Part shown: in pieces, positions 1 through 13,959 of the stretch | Layout of the letters: each line of letters begins with the position of its first letter | How positions within the stretch are numbered: the stretch's first letter is position 1 | The notes under the pieces: model-generated | Told to the model about the DNA's origin: nothing | The model's input: the letters and a program-made list of their open reading frames with translations, nothing else | Databases searched by the model: none | Source of the DNA: Octopus vulgaris | Taxonomy: Eukaryota | DNA length: 64,000 bases | Direction: 5' to 3' | Assembly: GCA_951406725.2 (NCBI GenBank) | Contig: OX597814.1 | Location: 144,212,001 to 144,276,000, forward strand | Made by a program: the position numbers and the translations under genes

Positions 1-152
1 AAATCCGTTTATAGGTATAGATGCAAATCTATCTGGAGCCATGTGGTTCGGAAGCAAGCATTTTATCACACAACTACTAATATATTAATTATATATGTGA
101 TAATTTTGTATTTCCTACGGGATACTTAAGTTTTCATATGACCGTCTGTCTA

Positions 153-252
<100 letters not shown>

Positions 253-317
253 TGTATACATATATACACAGGGAGAGAGAGAGAGAGAGAGAGAGTCGTG
301 AGGAATCGATCTCACGA

Positions 318-530
318 CTTTCTGCTCTAGGCTAAGGCCCGAAATTTTGGGGGAGGGGGCCATTCGATTACATCGACCCCCAGTACGCAACTGGTACCTA
401 ATTTATCGACCCCAAAAGGATGAAAAGTAAAGTCGACCGCGGTGGAATTTGAACTCAGAACGTAGCGGCAGACGAAATACCGCCAAGCATTTCGTCCAGC
501 ACGCTAACGATTCTGCCAGCTCTCCGCCTT
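318..530 (-). mobile_element. SINE family B (tRNA-like head, GCCTTTCATCCTTTCGGGGTCGATAAA central block), type-2 tail
   Basis: Reverse complement matches the copies at 14693-14925 and 62158-62374. Confidence 0.85.
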
Positions 531-576
531 TGTATGTATGTATATATGTAAGCATGTGTGTGTGTATATATATACG

Positions 577-625
<49 letters not shown>

Positions 626-629
626 GTAC

Positions 630-1059
630 AGGAGTGGCTGTATGGTAAGTAGCTTGCTAACCAACCACATGGTTCCGGGTTCAGTCCCACTGCGTGGCAT
701 CTTGGGCAAGTGTCTTCTGCTATAGCCCCGGGCCGACCAATGCTTTGTGATTGGATTTGGTAGACGGAAACTGAAAGAAGCCTGTCGTATATATGTGTAT
801 ATATATATATATGTATATATATATGTATATGTATGTGTATGTGTGTGTGTTTGTGTGTGTGTGTTTGTCCCTCTAGCATTGCTTGACAACCGATGCTGGT
901 GTGTTTACGTCCCCGTTACTTAGCGGTTCGGCAAAAGAGACCGATAGAATAAGTACTGGGCTTACAAAGAATAAGTCCCGGGGTCGATTTGTTCGACTAA
1001 AGGCGGTGCTCCAGCATGGCCGCAGTCAAATGACTGAAACAAGTAAAAGAGTAAAGAGT
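630..1059 (+). mobile_element. SINE family A, full length, with internal (TA)/(TG) microsatellite
   Basis: A-box-like TGGCTGTATGG and B-box-like GGTTCAGTCCC, followed by CTTGGGCAAGTG; tail ...GACTGAAACAAGTAAAAGA; more than 8 copies in the window. Confidence 0.85.
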
Positions 1060-1088
1060 ATATATATATATATACATTTTATATATAT

Positions 1089-1156
<68 letters not shown>

Positions 1157-1158
<2 letters not shown>

Positions 1159-1235
1159 TAAATGAAAGACGGAAGATGGAATATACAAGAATTCTTTTAT
1201 TAATCATGACGATATGCTTTTACATCTCTTGATGT
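1157..1235 (-). mobile_element. 3' end fragment of a Penelope-like terminal repeat
   Basis: Reverse complement of 27340-27418 (TATATTCCATCTTCCGTCTTTCATTTACC shared); abuts (TA)n. Confidence 0.6.
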
Positions 1236-1659
1236 CACGTCCGTATATGGTATAAGTAACCTTTTTACCTTGCTAACTATTAACCAGCTCGGAGGACAAG
1301 CAGCAGATTCGATTATCGTAAATCTAATTTTTTAATTCAATAATTTTGAAAAGATTGTCAATTATTTAAAACTATATCTCATAGATTATCAAAGCTAGGT
1401 ACAAACTTTTAAGCAAGGGTGTAGACGTGTTTTTTTCTTCCTTTCTTTCTTTTTTTTTTTTTTGAAAAGCTTAAATGAATTTAAATTCTATGGAATACTT
1501 GCAATTTATTAGCAACAAAAGATTAGATGGAATCCAGTTATGACCATCCCATATTATTTTTAGTCGTTTTTAATGATGTTTTTGGTAATTTGTAGATGTT
1601 TCTTAATGTCAATGAATCAAATAGTTTTACAACAGCTTGGTTTATTTCGATTTAACAAG

Positions 1660-1763
1660 CTTATCTTTGCATCGTTGTGATTTCAGTTTAATTAATTAAT
1701 TAATTAATTAATTAATTAATTAATTAAGCTGAAATCACAACAAAATTAGATGCGGAAAATAAG
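1660..1763. repeat. ~100-bp palindrome with (TTAA)n centre
   Basis: GTTGTGATTTCAGTTT (from 1674) pairs with AAGCTGAAATCACAAC (to 1741); outer arms CTTATCTTTGCATC / GATGCGGAAAATAAG. Confidence 0.85.
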
Positions 1764-1779
1764 AAACAGCTTGAAAGTC

Positions 1780-2110
1780 TTGTAATATTATCCGCATTTT
1801 CTCAAATATAGCTAAGAAAAAGTGAAGTTGCTTATTGGTCGATAATTGTCCGTTTGATTCCAAGATCGAAAAGAAAGGGGACGAAAAAGAAAACAAACAA
1901 AAAAAGCAATCCCTTAAAATTTGAAATAGGAAGAATTTCTAGTATGAGAACTGTAAAGGTGGTGCATATAATAATTGATGCGTTTGGAACAATAAGCAAA
2001 GATATAGACAAGTGGCCTGAAAGAGAAATAAATAGAATGCTCTGTAGAGTTCCTACAGAAAGTTTGTCTCTAAGGGACAGCAAGGATTATCAGGAGGGTT
2101 ATAAGCACTT
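1780..2110 (+). mobile_element. Degenerate C-terminus of an R4/Dong-type non-LTR retrotransposon
   Basis: LKFEIGRISSMRTVKVVHIIIDAFGTISKDIDKW aligns with LEIEITRMWNLKTETIPIIVGALG at 60418-60657. Confidence 0.65.
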
Positions 2111-2289
2111 AGAAGACTACTGAAAACTTGTGGATACCTAAGATTACAGGTGCACGAGTCATAAATTACAGCTTTAGCATAATAAACTGTAAGATCAGTG
2201 AATTGAGAAACCTAGGTAGAATAACCAGAAAACTACTACAGCATACCGAAGTCCCAGCCCAAAGCAGACGCAGACAGAATATGTCTACC

Positions 2290-3320
2290 CGCTCAGAAGA
2301 GGCCGTGGCCTGATAAAGATATAAAACTACTATAAAATAACACCGGTTGGACTAGTAAAGTATTTAGAAGCAAAGAGGGGAAGATTACTGCATGTAGTAA
2401 AGCAACACGAGAAAAAGAAAACCTTTTCTCTATACACACACAAGGAGGCGACAAAATACAAAACAAAAACAAACTACACTGACACACTGACCACAGATGA
2501 CAACATAGCAGAAACGGTCAGATAGACAAAAAACATGAAAAGTGAATTACAAAAGATACTGAAAAAGAAATATGGAGAAAAAATACTTCATGGCTAATAC
2601 TCTTCAAGGCTTGACAGAGAGGCAGTGAGCCTAAGCAAAAGCCAACAATGACTCAAAAGCTCTATATTAAAAGCCGAAACGGAAGGATTGGTTCTCGCTG
2701 CACAAGACCAATGCCTGACAACAAACAATTATAAAAATAAAATAATGAAAACAGACCTCAACACCAAATTCAGAATGTGCAACAAGCACAATGATACAGT
2801 TGACCACATCATCTGAATATATATATATACAGACACGACAAAGTAAACAGTTATATCCACTGGACAATATGCCAACATTACAACATCAAAACTAACAACA
2901 GTTGATATAAGTATGAACCATGCAGGGTACAAGATAACGATCAGGCCACAATCATCTGGGATACGCCGGTTCGAACCGACAAAGAAATAAAAGCTAATCG
3001 CCCGAACATAATAGTCAAGGATTGGGGAAAAAAACACCTGCTTACTGATAGACATTGCAATCCCTTCTGATCAAAAACAGAAGTTGAGAAATTGTCGAAG
3101 TACAAAGACCTCGAAATGGAAGTATTCAAAATGTGGGGTATGAAGGTAAAATACTATCAATAATAATTGGGGCACTGGGCATGGTAAAAAAAATCATATG
3201 AACAAAAATGCAGCAGCTATACCTGGATCTGCAGCAGTACCAACTGTCCAAAAAATAGCCCTGTTAGGAACAACATACATCCTACGCAAGACACTATCAA
3301 TCCAATAATACAACCTAAAC
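2290..3320 (+). mobile_element. R4/Dong-type LINE 3' fragment (RLE domain), pseudogenised
   Basis: Manual translation gives LKAETEGLVLAAQDQCLTTNNY, RTDKEIKANRPNI, EKLSKYKDLEMEV and QKIALLGTTYILRKTLSIQ, with stops and frameshifts; close relative of 60321-61467. Confidence 0.85.
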
Positions 3321-3641
3321 AAACAACCCACAAATTTTAAGTCACACACTATACAGCATTTACTCAGTGAAGTAAACACTCACTAGCAAGCTAAAAAAAC
3401 CCCAAAGCATTACACACTCAACACACAATACAAACAACAGCACAACAAAAGACAGTACTACACCTCAAAGAAAACATAGCTAATACAATATAGTACCGAG
3501 AAGAGTTCGCACACTCCCAATAGCAGAAAAAAAACAACATAATGCTGCATGGAGGTGTAGCAGAGATGCAGTAGAAATTTGCCTCCATCAGCCAAATATT
3601 GAACAGTTACATAACAATACTACTACTACTACTACTACTGC

Positions 3642-3725
<84 letters not shown>

Positions 3726-3736
3726 TAATAATAATA

Positions 3737-4612
3737 GGAGAGGACAAAGCTGTGATGGCTGCAGTTATATACAAGAAAGGAAGAAAGCAGGAACGTGAAA
3801 GAAAAGAAATGGGGACAAAACTACAAGGGCAGCATCTCAGACAAACGCAGGGCCTCGTAATAGATGAGCTTTGGTTATAACTGAAGAATGGAGACTTTAA
3901 GAAAGAAACGGAAGGACTCATAATAGCTGTTCAAAGCCAGTCATTGTGGACGAATATCATTAAGGCAAAAATAGAAAAATAGAAAAAAGTGTAAAGTACA
4001 GATTATGCAATGAGAAAAAAGAATCCATTATGTACATTATTCTGTAGTCCTTTGGCACAGAATGAATACAGTCGCAGACACGACTGTGTGATCAAGGCAC
4101 TACACTGGGACATATTACGGCAAAATGGATTTAAAGTAGGAAGAAAATTGTACCAATATCAACCAGAAAGTGTAATAGTGAAAGACCAGTCTAAGGCCTT
4201 ACGGGATTTTAATGTACCGACTAATTACGAAGTTCACGCAAGATGACCAAATCTTACCGTTTTGGACAAAGGGAAAGAAGAACGCATCATCATAAATGTA
4301 GTTACATGAATGTAGCGGTCAAAGGACGGGAGAAAATAGAAAAATATCAGGGTTTGGCAAGAGAAATACGAACACTGTGGAGGGTTTCTACAAAAGTAAT
4401 GCTAGTTGTTTTAGGTGCCGTATGTACCATCACCAACAGACTTAGCAGTTACCTTATTGAAATTGGTGTAAATACAAAAAGTTGCATTAATTCAGAAATC
4501 TGCACTATTAGGAACATCAAAGATTGTAGGAAAGGTCTTCGATATCTAAGGACCTGGTTGCGATCCGGTATCAGGGACATTGATTCCGAATGTAAAACAT
4601 TCGTGCACATCA
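3737..4612 (+). mobile_element. R4/Dong-type LINE 3' fragment flanked by (AAT)n
   Basis: KKETEGLIIAVQSQSL, EYSRRHDCVIKALHWDI (RHD motif), EKIEKYQGLAREIRTLW; (AAT)n at 3643-3736 and short AAT run after 4614. Confidence 0.85.
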
Positions 4613-4629
4613 TGAATAATAATGGTAAT

Positions 4630-5200
4630 GGTTTCTAATTTTAGTTCAAGACCAGCAAATTTTAGTGGGGAGGGGTAGTTGGTTACATCGACCCCCAGAA
4701 CTTGTCTGGTACTTTATCGACCTCCAAAAGATAAAAGACAAACTCGGCCTCGGCGGATTTGGACTTGAATTGTTTCAAAATTTGACACAAGGCCAGCAAT
4801 TTTGAAGGAAGACGATTAGTTGATACCACCATCCCAAAACTTAGTATTTTATTTTATCGACCCTAGAAGGATGAAAAGTAAAGTTAACCTCGACGGAACT
4901 TAAACGTAAAAGGTCTGTAAGAAAAATTGCAAATTATAATCAATTTTTTCCCAACTTTGTAACGATTCTGTTAATTCATCACCTTTAGGGCTTCGTATTT
5001 GGGTACAAAGCCAACAGTTTTGAGAGAAGAGGGTTAGCAGATACAATCGAAACCAGTACTTGACTGAGACTTTATTTTAATTCCGAAGGTATGAAAATCA
5101 AAGTTGACCCCTTCGTGAATTGAACTCAGAAACTAAACAACCAGAAGAAACACTGCAAATTTTCCGACACGCTAACAATTCTACGAGATCACTGCCTTCA
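4630..5200 (-). mobile_element. Cluster of three old SINE family B fragments
   Basis: Repeated degenerate TTTATCGACC...AAGGATGAAAAG-like blocks. Confidence 0.65.
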
Positions 5201-5420
5201 ATTTGTCAATAACGGTAGAAAGAAAACACTCCCAATTTACAAACTTTGTTTGGCAGTCTTTCAGCTGTTTGGGTTCCTCTTTCACTGTGTAATTTCCTGT
5301 ATAACAACTGCATCGCTGCTGTTATTGTTTATATATTTAGTTTAATGAATATATAACTCATTCAAGCGTAATAAATAGTGTTAACTTCTTAGCTCTTCGT
5401 TGATTTGAACAAAAAAAAGT

Positions 5421-5818
5421 ACTCTTACTCTTTACTTTTTTACTTGTTTCAGTCATTTGACTGCGGCCATGCTGGAGCACCGCCTTTAGTCGAGCAACTC
5501 GACCCCGGGACTTATGTTGATAAAATATATTGATAATCTCATGAACCGTAAGTGAAGGGGACGTAATACACCAGCATCGGTTGTCAAGCAATGCTAGGGG
5601 GACAAACACAGACACACAAACATATATACACACATACATATATATATATACATATATACGACAGGCTTCTTTCAGTTTCCGTCTACCAAATCCTCACAAG
5701 GCATTGGTCGGCCCGGGGCTATAGCAGAAGACACTTGCCCAAGATGCCACGCAGCGGGCCTGAACCGGAAACATGTGGTTGGTAAACAAGCTACTTACCA
5801 CAGAACCACTCCTGCGCC
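5421..5818 (-). mobile_element. SINE family A
   Basis: Reverse complement of 630-1059. Confidence 0.85.
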
Positions 5819-5908
5819 TATACGTTGATAATGTATGTTAAATGATATATGTTGATAAAATATATTGATAATTCATGGTAATAAGATAGTATATAATCAT
5901 AATTTATT

Positions 5909-6124
5909 GGTTTCAAATTTTGGTACAAGGTCAGCAATTGTGTGGGGGGGGTGTAAATCGATTACATCAACTCCAGTACTCAACTGGTATTTATTTTATC
6001 GAGCTCGAAAGGATGAAAGACAAAGTCGACCTCGGCGGAATTTGAACTCAGAGCGTAAAGACGGGCGAAATGCAGCTAAATATTTTGCCCGGCCTGCTAA
6101 CGATTCTGTCAGCTCACCGCCCTT
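5909..6124 (-). mobile_element. SINE family B
   Basis: Matches 318-530. Confidence 0.8.
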
Positions 6125-6221
6125 ATGTTGCTATTACATATCGATATGACATATTGACAGACTGATAATCATCACCATCATCGTCGTTCGTTTTTCATAC
6201 GCACACGCACACACACGCGCA

Positions 6222-6289
<68 letters not shown>

Positions 6290-6674
6290 CATGAATGCAT
6301 TCTGATTATAGGTTTTTCAAATTGTTAATTATATTTTGAACTTAGCTAAAACGCCTTGAAAAGACCCTTTTAGCTAGTTTTTAAAGTCTTAAAATTTATC
6401 TTAGTTTCCTGAAATTTTTGGTCATACTTTACAATATCCGTAGGCACAAAACCCCTTGTGATCTAAGGTGACAGTAAAGCTGGTGGGTCTGTGTGTATAT
6501 ATATGTATATTCTCTCTCTGTCTGTCTCTCTCTCTGTCTCCCGTAAACACAGACACACATATGAACACATACGTACATACATTCACACACACACACACAC
6601 ACATACATACATACATACATACATACATACATACATACATACATACATACATACATACATACATACATAAGTAT

Positions 6675-6743
<69 letters not shown>

Positions 6744-7111
6744 GTCGCTGGACGCCTACCATGCTGGTCAATGTTTTTTCTCTTCTCAATTCTGTTCATC
6801 ATATCCATTTGAGGATTTCTCTCAGGCGTTAATCGATCGTTCTCGTGTTTAGCCCCAAGCTTGTATGTATTTATTTATTACCTTCGCCTATCGTTTCAAA
6901 TTACTGTAGTACATTGTTTACTCGAGCCCTAATACTCAGCAAATATAGCGGGTGCCGCCGATATACGAAGTTCCTAGTCTTATCGTTAAAGGCATGATAC
7001 TAGCTATTAATATTTTGGATCGATATCTGATGAAGTATCAGGGTTCTAGTTAGTGTCTCTCCTACGTGTACATTTTGTAGTATTTAATGTATTTTTCATT
7101 TATATATATAT

Positions 7112-7281
7112 ATGTGTGTTCTCTTCCTTGGACCTTTCCTTTTACTATGTTTCTGTCGAAGAGCTCCGCTCGAAACTATAAATCCTCCTTCTTTCTTTCC
7201 TTCCTGAGCGTCCAATAACATTATACTTGTTCCACGTCCTCGCATTGTGTTTTCTCTTTGTGTTTTCATGTTTGGATTAAC

Positions 7282-7282
<1 letters not shown>
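7112..7282 (+). mobile_element. Short Penelope-like terminal repeat with degenerate hammerhead
   Basis: TTT-CTGTCGA-A-GAGC-tcc-GCTC-GAAAC-TAT-AAA at 7150-7182; TTCCTGAGCG shared with 26890-27096; flanked by TA/TG microsatellites. Confidence 0.6.
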
Positions 7283-7342
<60 letters not shown>

Positions 7343-7370
7343 GTACATAAATATACATACTTATATATTC

Positions 7371-7439
<69 letters not shown>

Positions 7440-8377
7440 TGTGTGTGTGTATAAGAGGGGGTGAAAATTTACCCCAATAACTGTTAGTGAGAGCACCAAA
7501 TACATTTCGTCTTTCTTGGGTCTTGTCAGTGGCATGTACTCGCAGCTACTTGCCTAGACGAAATTTGTTGCTTTTGATATAAAGCAAACAGGGAATGATG
7601 CATTCACTGATATTGCGAATAGCTACTGGACTGAATAGTTACTCGATGTGCGTAATTGAAGCAGTAATAAAATCAAATGGCCATCTGCGTATCATATTTA
7701 ACGTGTATACAGCGGTCGCTGACTGCAAGATACTGCAATACAAGATATGGACCTAAAGCCAACTTCTACCAAAAATTTACAGTCTTACTGTTGTATACAT
7801 CCAAATGGATGTTCATGATGTTCGCGTAAAAATGCGTTTACTGTGAAAGTACAAAAACGAATACAACGTATAAATCTTACATTAGATTAACTGCAAGTTC
7901 ATTTAAAGTAAAGTTCGTTTCACTTCATAATTCTATTTGAATCACCAACCAAGAGTTTTCGGTTAGTTAAGGATAAAAAAATCTAAATCATAACATTAAT
8001 TGGAAGTTAACTGTTTTGCTAAACACTATAAGTATTTAAATTTGCTCTGTTCCGCATGACATATTGGTTTCAATTTCTTTTCCATTTTTTACTGGAAATT
8101 CTGAAATAATTTCTGATTTTTTTTGGCACTTTTAAATTTTTTAGCAGTTTCTTAAATGACGAAAGCAATGAGTGAATTTTATGAAAAATATAACTCTTAC
8201 AATTTATAAAAAACAACACGAAGCATAATTTGCACTCGTACCATGAGAAAAAATTCTGACACCCAAATTTATACGATTAATTCAACACTATATTCCCCGT
8301 AATAACTTATATTTTAATTTAATTAAGATCCATACGGCATAGTCACACACATATATAATATGTCATCAAAAACATTG

Positions 8378-8415
<38 letters not shown>

Positions 8416-8560
8416 TCCCAATACATGACTAAAATTACATAGACCTGTGTGGTGAGTAGGTGCAAGCGTAATGTGCGCGTGCGTTTGTGTGTTTATGTGT
8501 ACCTATGTCCGCGTACGTGTATATGTACATACGCAAATACATAGATTATATAGAGATAAG

Positions 8561-8633
<73 letters not shown>

Positions 8634-8727
8634 CAATGTATATGTGTATACATGTGTATTTATATGACTACACACTCATAGATATGTATAAGCACTAACA
8701 CACTCACTCCTCTACACGCGAACACAG

Positions 8728-8800
8728 ACACATATGGCGTAGTGGTTAAGAGTGCGGGCTATTAACCTCAAAATTCCGAGTTCGATACCAGACAGTGACG

Positions 8801-8854
<54 letters not shown>

Positions 8855-8978
8855 GCATCGAAAAATACCTAAGGAATGAGAACTCAGGTTCGAAATTTCC
8901 CCCAAGATACCTGATGATAGCTGGAGGGTATATCAGCCGAAACGTTGTGCTAACAACAAACAAGATGAGGACAAATAT
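8728..8978 (+). mobile_element. tRNA-headed SINE with (AAT)n linker and hammerhead-bearing tail
   Basis: A box TGGCGTAGTGG 8735-8745, B box GTTCGATACC 8780-8789, (AAT)n 8803-8854, CTGATGA 8911-8917, GAAACGTT 8939-8946; tail also present at 15120-15300 (minus strand). Confidence 0.75.
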
Positions 8979-8979
8979 A

Positions 8980-9225
8980 GGCGCAGTAGTGGCTGTGTGG
9001 TAAGTAGCTTGCTTACCAACCACATGGTTCTGGGTTCCGTGCCACTGTGTAGTACCTTGGGCAAGTGTCTTCTACTATAGTCTCGAGCCGACCAAAACCT
9101 TGTGAGTGAATTTGGTAGGCAGAAACTGAAAGACGCCCGTCGTATTTAAATACGTTGTTGTTCGACTAAAGGCGGTGCCACAGCATTGCCGCAGTCAAAT
9201 GACTGAAACGAATAAAAGTAAAAGT
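8980..9225 (+). mobile_element. SINE family A, internally deleted
   Basis: Head and tail match 630-1059; middle part missing. Confidence 0.8.
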
Positions 9226-9330
9226 ATATATATATCCATACCGTGCTTGTTTTTTTTTAACACGGTGGCGTGTTGTTGTTCTCGCTGTCGTCCTTCTTAT
9301 TAGTCATACATACAGGCGCATACATTGGTT

Positions 9331-9533
9331 TGCTTTCAAATTTTGGTACAAGGCCAGACATTTTGAGGTGGGGTAAGTCGATTACCTCAATTCTCAACTG
9401 GTACTTATTTTATCCACCACGAAAGGGCGAAAGGCAAGGTCGACGTCGGCAGAATTTGAACGCAGGATGTAAAAACGGACGATATGCCGTTAAATATTTT
9501 GCCGGGCGTGCTGACGATTCTGCCCGCTTGCCG
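9331..9533 (-). mobile_element. SINE family B, diverged
   Basis: Matches family B. Confidence 0.75.
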
Positions 9534-10275
9534 TGTTATACTAGCACGCATATTAAGGCGTTAAAAAATATGCTTTTTATTTACAAATTCCTGGAACTGA
9601 TTTGATTCAAGCAAGCAAAGAAACAAAACAAGTTTTGTCTCTTTGTTAGTCATCGTCTCAAATTTCGCTAAGAAGAACTTATTAATCTCACAGAAAAATA
9701 TACGTCCATATGGGAATAATGTGATGGCCCTACGTCGATTATGGCATTGAGCATGCATCTGAACGATTTACTAATTCTATGAGCTCGCAAGTAATTGGTT
9801 ATTTTTACCCATAAGGTAATTCTCTGATAGAATCAGCATGGCATAGTATGACATAGAATGTATAACCAGGACGCACTTTTCAATTAGTTGTAAAGGGTAC
9901 AATCACTGGGCTTCCATATAGTTTCTATCTACTGAATTTCATTCATTCACAAAGCTAGGTTCGATTCGATGCTATAACAAAAATATATTTGTATTTGCAT
10001 CGAAATGGAGACGACACGTTTGCAAAACAAACTTCTTAACCAATTGGCCACGATCCACATGACCGAATGTATATGTAAATATATACATTGCTTACGTGTT
10101 TTTACGTACATACATACATTCATGCGCACGTATTTACATACAACCATGTAAATATATGTATATATATATGTGTGTGTTTGTGTGTGTGTGTAAATATGTA
10201 TGTATGCATTCGATCACAGCACCAGTAACAGTTAAGCTTCGTGCAATGGCCATACTCGATAACGAGGGGACAGCC

Positions 10276-10332
<57 letters not shown>

Positions 10333-10477
10333 GTATCTCTGTACATATACCTGTGTGTATACATGAGCGTGTCTGGGTGTGTTTGTAAGAACATATATAT
10401 GATATGTGTATATATGTATATACGTCAATGATTATATATATGTGTGTGTTCGTGAGTGTATGTGTGCGCGTGTGTGT

Positions 10478-10988
<511 letters not shown>

Positions 10989-11074
10989 CTATATATATAT
11001 ATACATATATATATCTATATACACACGCACATATATATATGTATACGTATATATATATATACATATATATATGT

Positions 11075-11148
<74 letters not shown>

Positions 11149-11718
11149 ATATATATACACACGCACACAAACATATACAAGCATACACACACACATACAA
11201 ACGTGCACAGAAATATACACACACACACTCACACCATTTTGAACTCTAAGACCAGTCCCCAAAACAACTAAACCATGACAGTCTAGCCTCAAAACAAGAC
11301 AATCCTTTTGATTCTACAATACTCTCCCCCATCAACCTCCAACACTATGTTTAAAAATAGCAAACATCTCTCATAAACACACTACAAGACAGAAGATGAT
11401 GAATGGAAAGGTTGTTATTCCCCTAAAATTCTGTATAAATACTTAAATATATTTCCTTCTGTATATATGTTTCTTATACAACCATGATTTTTTGATGAAC
11501 TTAAAATAATTATAAATTTATTTTACTATCTTTTTTGAACACTCTCATGTAAACTGTTTAAACAAAAGGCCCCTCTTAGCATTTTCTTATCATTCATTGT
11601 CATAGATACTATGTTTTAACATTTTCTTATCATTTTCAAAAACAGTATAACTGTATTTTAATACAATTATGATAACCATTTCTTAACTCAACAAAGCTTA
11701 TACGAAGCTTTACATTTT

Positions 11719-11764
11719 ACTTTTGATAATCTTTTTTTAAAAAAAAAAGTGAAACCGGTCAAGT
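11719..11764 (+). ncRNA. Degenerate minimal hammerhead motif in a probable Penelope-like 3' region (~11230-11825)
   Basis: ACTT-TTGATAA-(T/A hairpin)-GAAAC-CG-GTC-AAGT; two core mismatches against CTGATGA. Confidence 0.5.
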
Positions 11765-12029
11765 GAATATACATTTTTAAAAGAGCTCTGCATTTTCAAA
11801 CCTTTTGTCTCTGATTTTTTTTTAATTCCTCAATCCCGCTGCTCCCTACCCTTCTTACTTCCTTCTACATGACTGGTGTCAAGCCACCCATGATTTTTCT
11901 TTCTTGGCCTGACTGGCGACTGCCAACACCTCTTATGGCCATCACCTACGTTCCTTTAGGTTTTCACTTCATACTCACCAGCTAAATTTGATTCGTTATT
12001 AGTCGAAATACACTTGTTATTTTCTTGTT

Positions 12030-12319
12030 GTTTGTATTTGTAATTGCGTACCATGTTCTCCGTTTTTGTCTTTGTTGCCGTACACATTCGCTAGCTTTCT
12101 TACAAAAAAAAAATCTAATGCTCTTAGCTTAGACTTTTTGGTGGGCAACCAGATCTAACTGTCTCAAGTGTAACTGCCCGAAAAAGTAAGGACTTCTGGT
12201 ATACTTGACTGATAAAAGAAGGCTACGAATTACCCGTCTAATTGTTGTTTCTCCTGTCCGCCTTTGTATCGTCTATCTGTCCGAATGTTTTATTATCATC
12301 GATATTGCGGTTTTGCTCC

Positions 12320-12322
<3 letters not shown>
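12030..12322 (+). mobile_element. Short repeat family D (probable Penelope-like terminal repeat)
   Basis: Shares GACTGA...CGAATKACCCGTC with 13695-13890 (minus) and 48135-48280; ends in (TA)n. Confidence 0.55.
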
Positions 12323-12355
<33 letters not shown>

Positions 12356-12362
12356 TGCATGC

Positions 12363-12447
<85 letters not shown>

Positions 12448-12789
12448 TGTATGTATGTATGTATGTATGTAGGTAGGTAGGTAGGTATGTATATATATAT
12501 ATAGGTATATATATATATATATATTTCTCTTGTTTCAGTCATTAGATTGCGGTCATATTGCGGAACTAATATCAAGAATTAGACGAACGAATCGGCCTCA
12601 TTACTTATTTATTTTAAGCTTGGTACTCATTCTATCGGTTCCTTTTGTCGAACAGCTAGATCAGTACTGAACCTGGCACCGATTGCCAACCAGTGGTGGG
12701 TAACACACACACACACATATACATACATACACACATACATACATATATACATAAACACTCAAACACACACACACATATGGAACCTTTTT

Positions 12790-12899
12790 TGTCATGGTTA
12801 GTATTATAATTCCTTACAAAATCTTTTTTCCAAATTTTTAGACCCCAAAATTAGGGGGCTCCTTATACACGAGGGTTCCTTATACACGTTAACGTACGG
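12790..12899 (-). mobile_element. Terminus of a Tc1/mariner-superfamily (Tc2/pogo-like) element
   Basis: Duplicated CCTTATACACG subterminal motif and ...TACGG end followed by TA. Confidence 0.4.
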
Positions 12900-13040
12900 T
12901 ATATATGTATATACTTATATAAATAGATACATATGCATATATGTGTGTGTGCGTGTATGTTTGTGTGTGTCTATATATATATACACACATACATACACAT
13001 TCAAATATATGTACACATACATACATGCATGTATATATAT

Positions 13041-13101
<61 letters not shown>

Positions 13102-13113
13102 TATACACACATA

Positions 13114-13162
<49 letters not shown>

Positions 13163-13648
13163 GCACACCTATATACGTTCGGCTGTCGTGCTGACCCAGT
13201 TCTCTCAGCTATAAACATTGGCGAAAGAGAATGAGAGAAAGAACGACAAAGAATAAGAGAGACAATACCAGTTGCTAACTGTTGCTTTGACAACATAGAC
13301 GACATAAATAAACGACTTTCATTCACCTTTAGTTATATTTATTTATTTATTTTTAATTTTATTTGTATTGTTTTTCTTTTTCTTTTTTTTTCTGTCTACA
13401 GTACCCCGCCACCGCCCCGGATGTCTACTCCCTTAATTTGGGCGCAGTCAAGTAGAGTTATCTTTCGTTGTTGATTTTGGTGTTGCTGCCGCTTTTGTCA
13501 TTGTTGCTATTTTTGTCGACCAGACATATCATCAAAGGCGTTTCATCTGTGCCCAGGTGGTGTATGTGTATACCTGCACGTTTACACACACATACTCACA
13601 TATATCTACGCATGCATATATATAAACACAAACACAAACACACACATC

Positions 13649-13694
<46 letters not shown>

Positions 13695-13698
<4 letters not shown>

Positions 13699-13887
13699 AA
13701 ATGGGACAAGAACGCAAAACATCCAGAAGACAATACAAAAAACACGGACGGGTCATTCGAAGCCTTTAATCTTCAGTCAAGAACCGGATCATCCTCGCAA
13801 TTTCGGCTGATTTACCTTGAGATTGCTCCAATCTGGCCAGCCCCAAGGAAAAGCTAGGCTTAGAACATTAGATTCCTTGGAAAAAAG

Positions 13888-13890
<3 letters not shown>
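13695..13890 (-). mobile_element. Short repeat family D inserted in (TA)n
   Basis: Homologous to 12030-12322 and 48016-48280; (TA)n on both sides. Confidence 0.65.
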
Positions 13891-13951
<61 letters not shown>

Positions 13952-13959
13952 GAGCGAAT

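Noticed and set aside
403-1161. Recurrent 'protein families' such as RRHLPKMPRSGTEPGTMWL and NWYLIYRPRKDERQSRP
   Set aside because: Translations of SINE families A and B; they recur because the DNA repeat recurs
7027-7060. CTGATGA as a hammerhead core
   Set aside because: No stem II followed by GAAA downstream
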